A DNA stretch of 60,000 nucleotides from Malacoraja senta. Lineage: Eukaryota. Positions 58,844 through 60,000 of this stretch are shown here, one piece after another (the first letter of the stretch is position 1; every line of letters starts with the position of its first letter). The notes under the pieces were generated by a model. That model saw only the letters and a list, made by a program, of their open reading frames with translations. It had not been told where the DNA came from and did not search any database. The position numbers and the translations under genes are program-made. The DNA is taken from the NCBI GenBank assembly GCA_038087875.1, contig CM075996.1:4404001-4464000 (forward strand), given 5' to 3'.

Positions 58844-60000
58844 GTGAGGGCAACTATTTGTGTTTTTGTTTTAATCCTTGCTGTTTTTGCTCATCTTGGA
58901 CACGGCCGCCCCATCTCTCATCCTCCTCCGTTTGAGAAGAGTCCAGAAGACCTCCAGATTCAGGGGGGGGGGGGGGGGGGGATGATGATTCAGGCAAGCG
59001 AAGCTGAGCAATATCTAGTTGCATTTGTTGTTTATTTTGTGTTTGCACCACATCACAAACGAGGGATTAAAAATAGTGGCCAGGAACAGATGGCTTTTGT
59101 TGGACACAAGAACTTTAATCAAACCCGTTGCTTTTGATACTCCATGGCTGGAATAATTAAAAGTGTGGTATCTAATTAAAGAATAATTGATGTGTAAATA
59201 AATATTGAAACCATTTTGGTCTTTATATGTGAATTTTATGTGAAATAGGGCTCTTAAAAATAGCGGGGATATGGGGAGAAGGCAGGAACGGGGTACTGAT
59301 TGGGGATGATCAGACATGATCACATTGAATGGCGGTGCTGGCTCGAAGGGCCGAATGGCCTACTCCTGCACCTATTGTCTATTGTCTATTGAATTTGCAG
59401 TTTCAGTGTGTGATAAGGTCTATCTCAATGGATTCTTTGCCTTTCTACAACTATTCTCACCTGTCCCCATTCTGTGTCCTGTGACATTTACATTGCAACC
59501 CATTGTCTTCATGTTGATGTCAGAAAAGTGTATGTCATAAATTATATTGATAATGAGATAGGAAGGAGGTTGCCACCTGGTATCTGCGTTGCAGGCATGC
59601 AGTTACCTTTGGTAATGTTCTCTTTATTACATGTGCGCATCATTATAGAATCTCTAATTTTGTGCTCCATTGAAAACAGGCATGATCCTGAATCACGTCG
59701 CTAGATTTGTGCAATGAGCCAGGAAAATCCAAGTCTGTGCTGAGCTGGCTGATCTCTGCCTGGCTGCTGCCATGGTTCTGTATGTTTCTATTTGGTGACT
59801 TATCCTGCAAGAGGGAAAATCATCCAGGATTATAACTCCTGATTAGTATGCAATGATCCATGCTGGCAGTGCACGATATAAACAGCGATTGAGTGCAGGA
59901 CTTGCTGGAGTTGAAGACTTTGCAGCATATCAATTAATGACGGGGTTTGGGGAGAGGGGGAGGGATGTGTGTGTGTGTTTGTGTGTATCTGTATCTGCAA

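Overview
Eukaryotic, repeat-rich DNA from a cartilaginous fish, probably a skate or ray (inferred from HE1/V-SINE, CR1/HER1 and Penelope repeat content). Most of the window is a + strand receptor guanylyl cyclase C gene (GUCY2C): 26 GT-AG coding exons (equivalent to exons 2-27) from 1026 to the stop at 47562 join in one open frame of about 997 codons; the signal-peptide exon 1 lies upstream of the window. Two identical tRNA-Arg(CCT) genes follow (50358-50430, 51464-51536), then the CpG-island promoter and first two coding exons of HMGXB4 (+). Introns contain CR1, Rex1/Babar, L1/Tx1, L2, RTE, Penelope, V-SINE, Harbinger-like and hAT-like elements. Most notable: a tiny retroelement whose 5' end is a fully paired 54-nt CPEB3/HDV-like ribozyme fold (39278-39331, minus); many minimal hammerhead motifs in Penelope-derived mini-elements; an inverted 92%-identical copy of exon 19 flanking exon 20; and a Tx1/L1 insertion whose target-site duplication copies a splice donor. 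Gene and repeat family names come from recalled similarity, not database searches. Exon boundaries were read directly; repeat boundaries are approximate unless a TSD is given.
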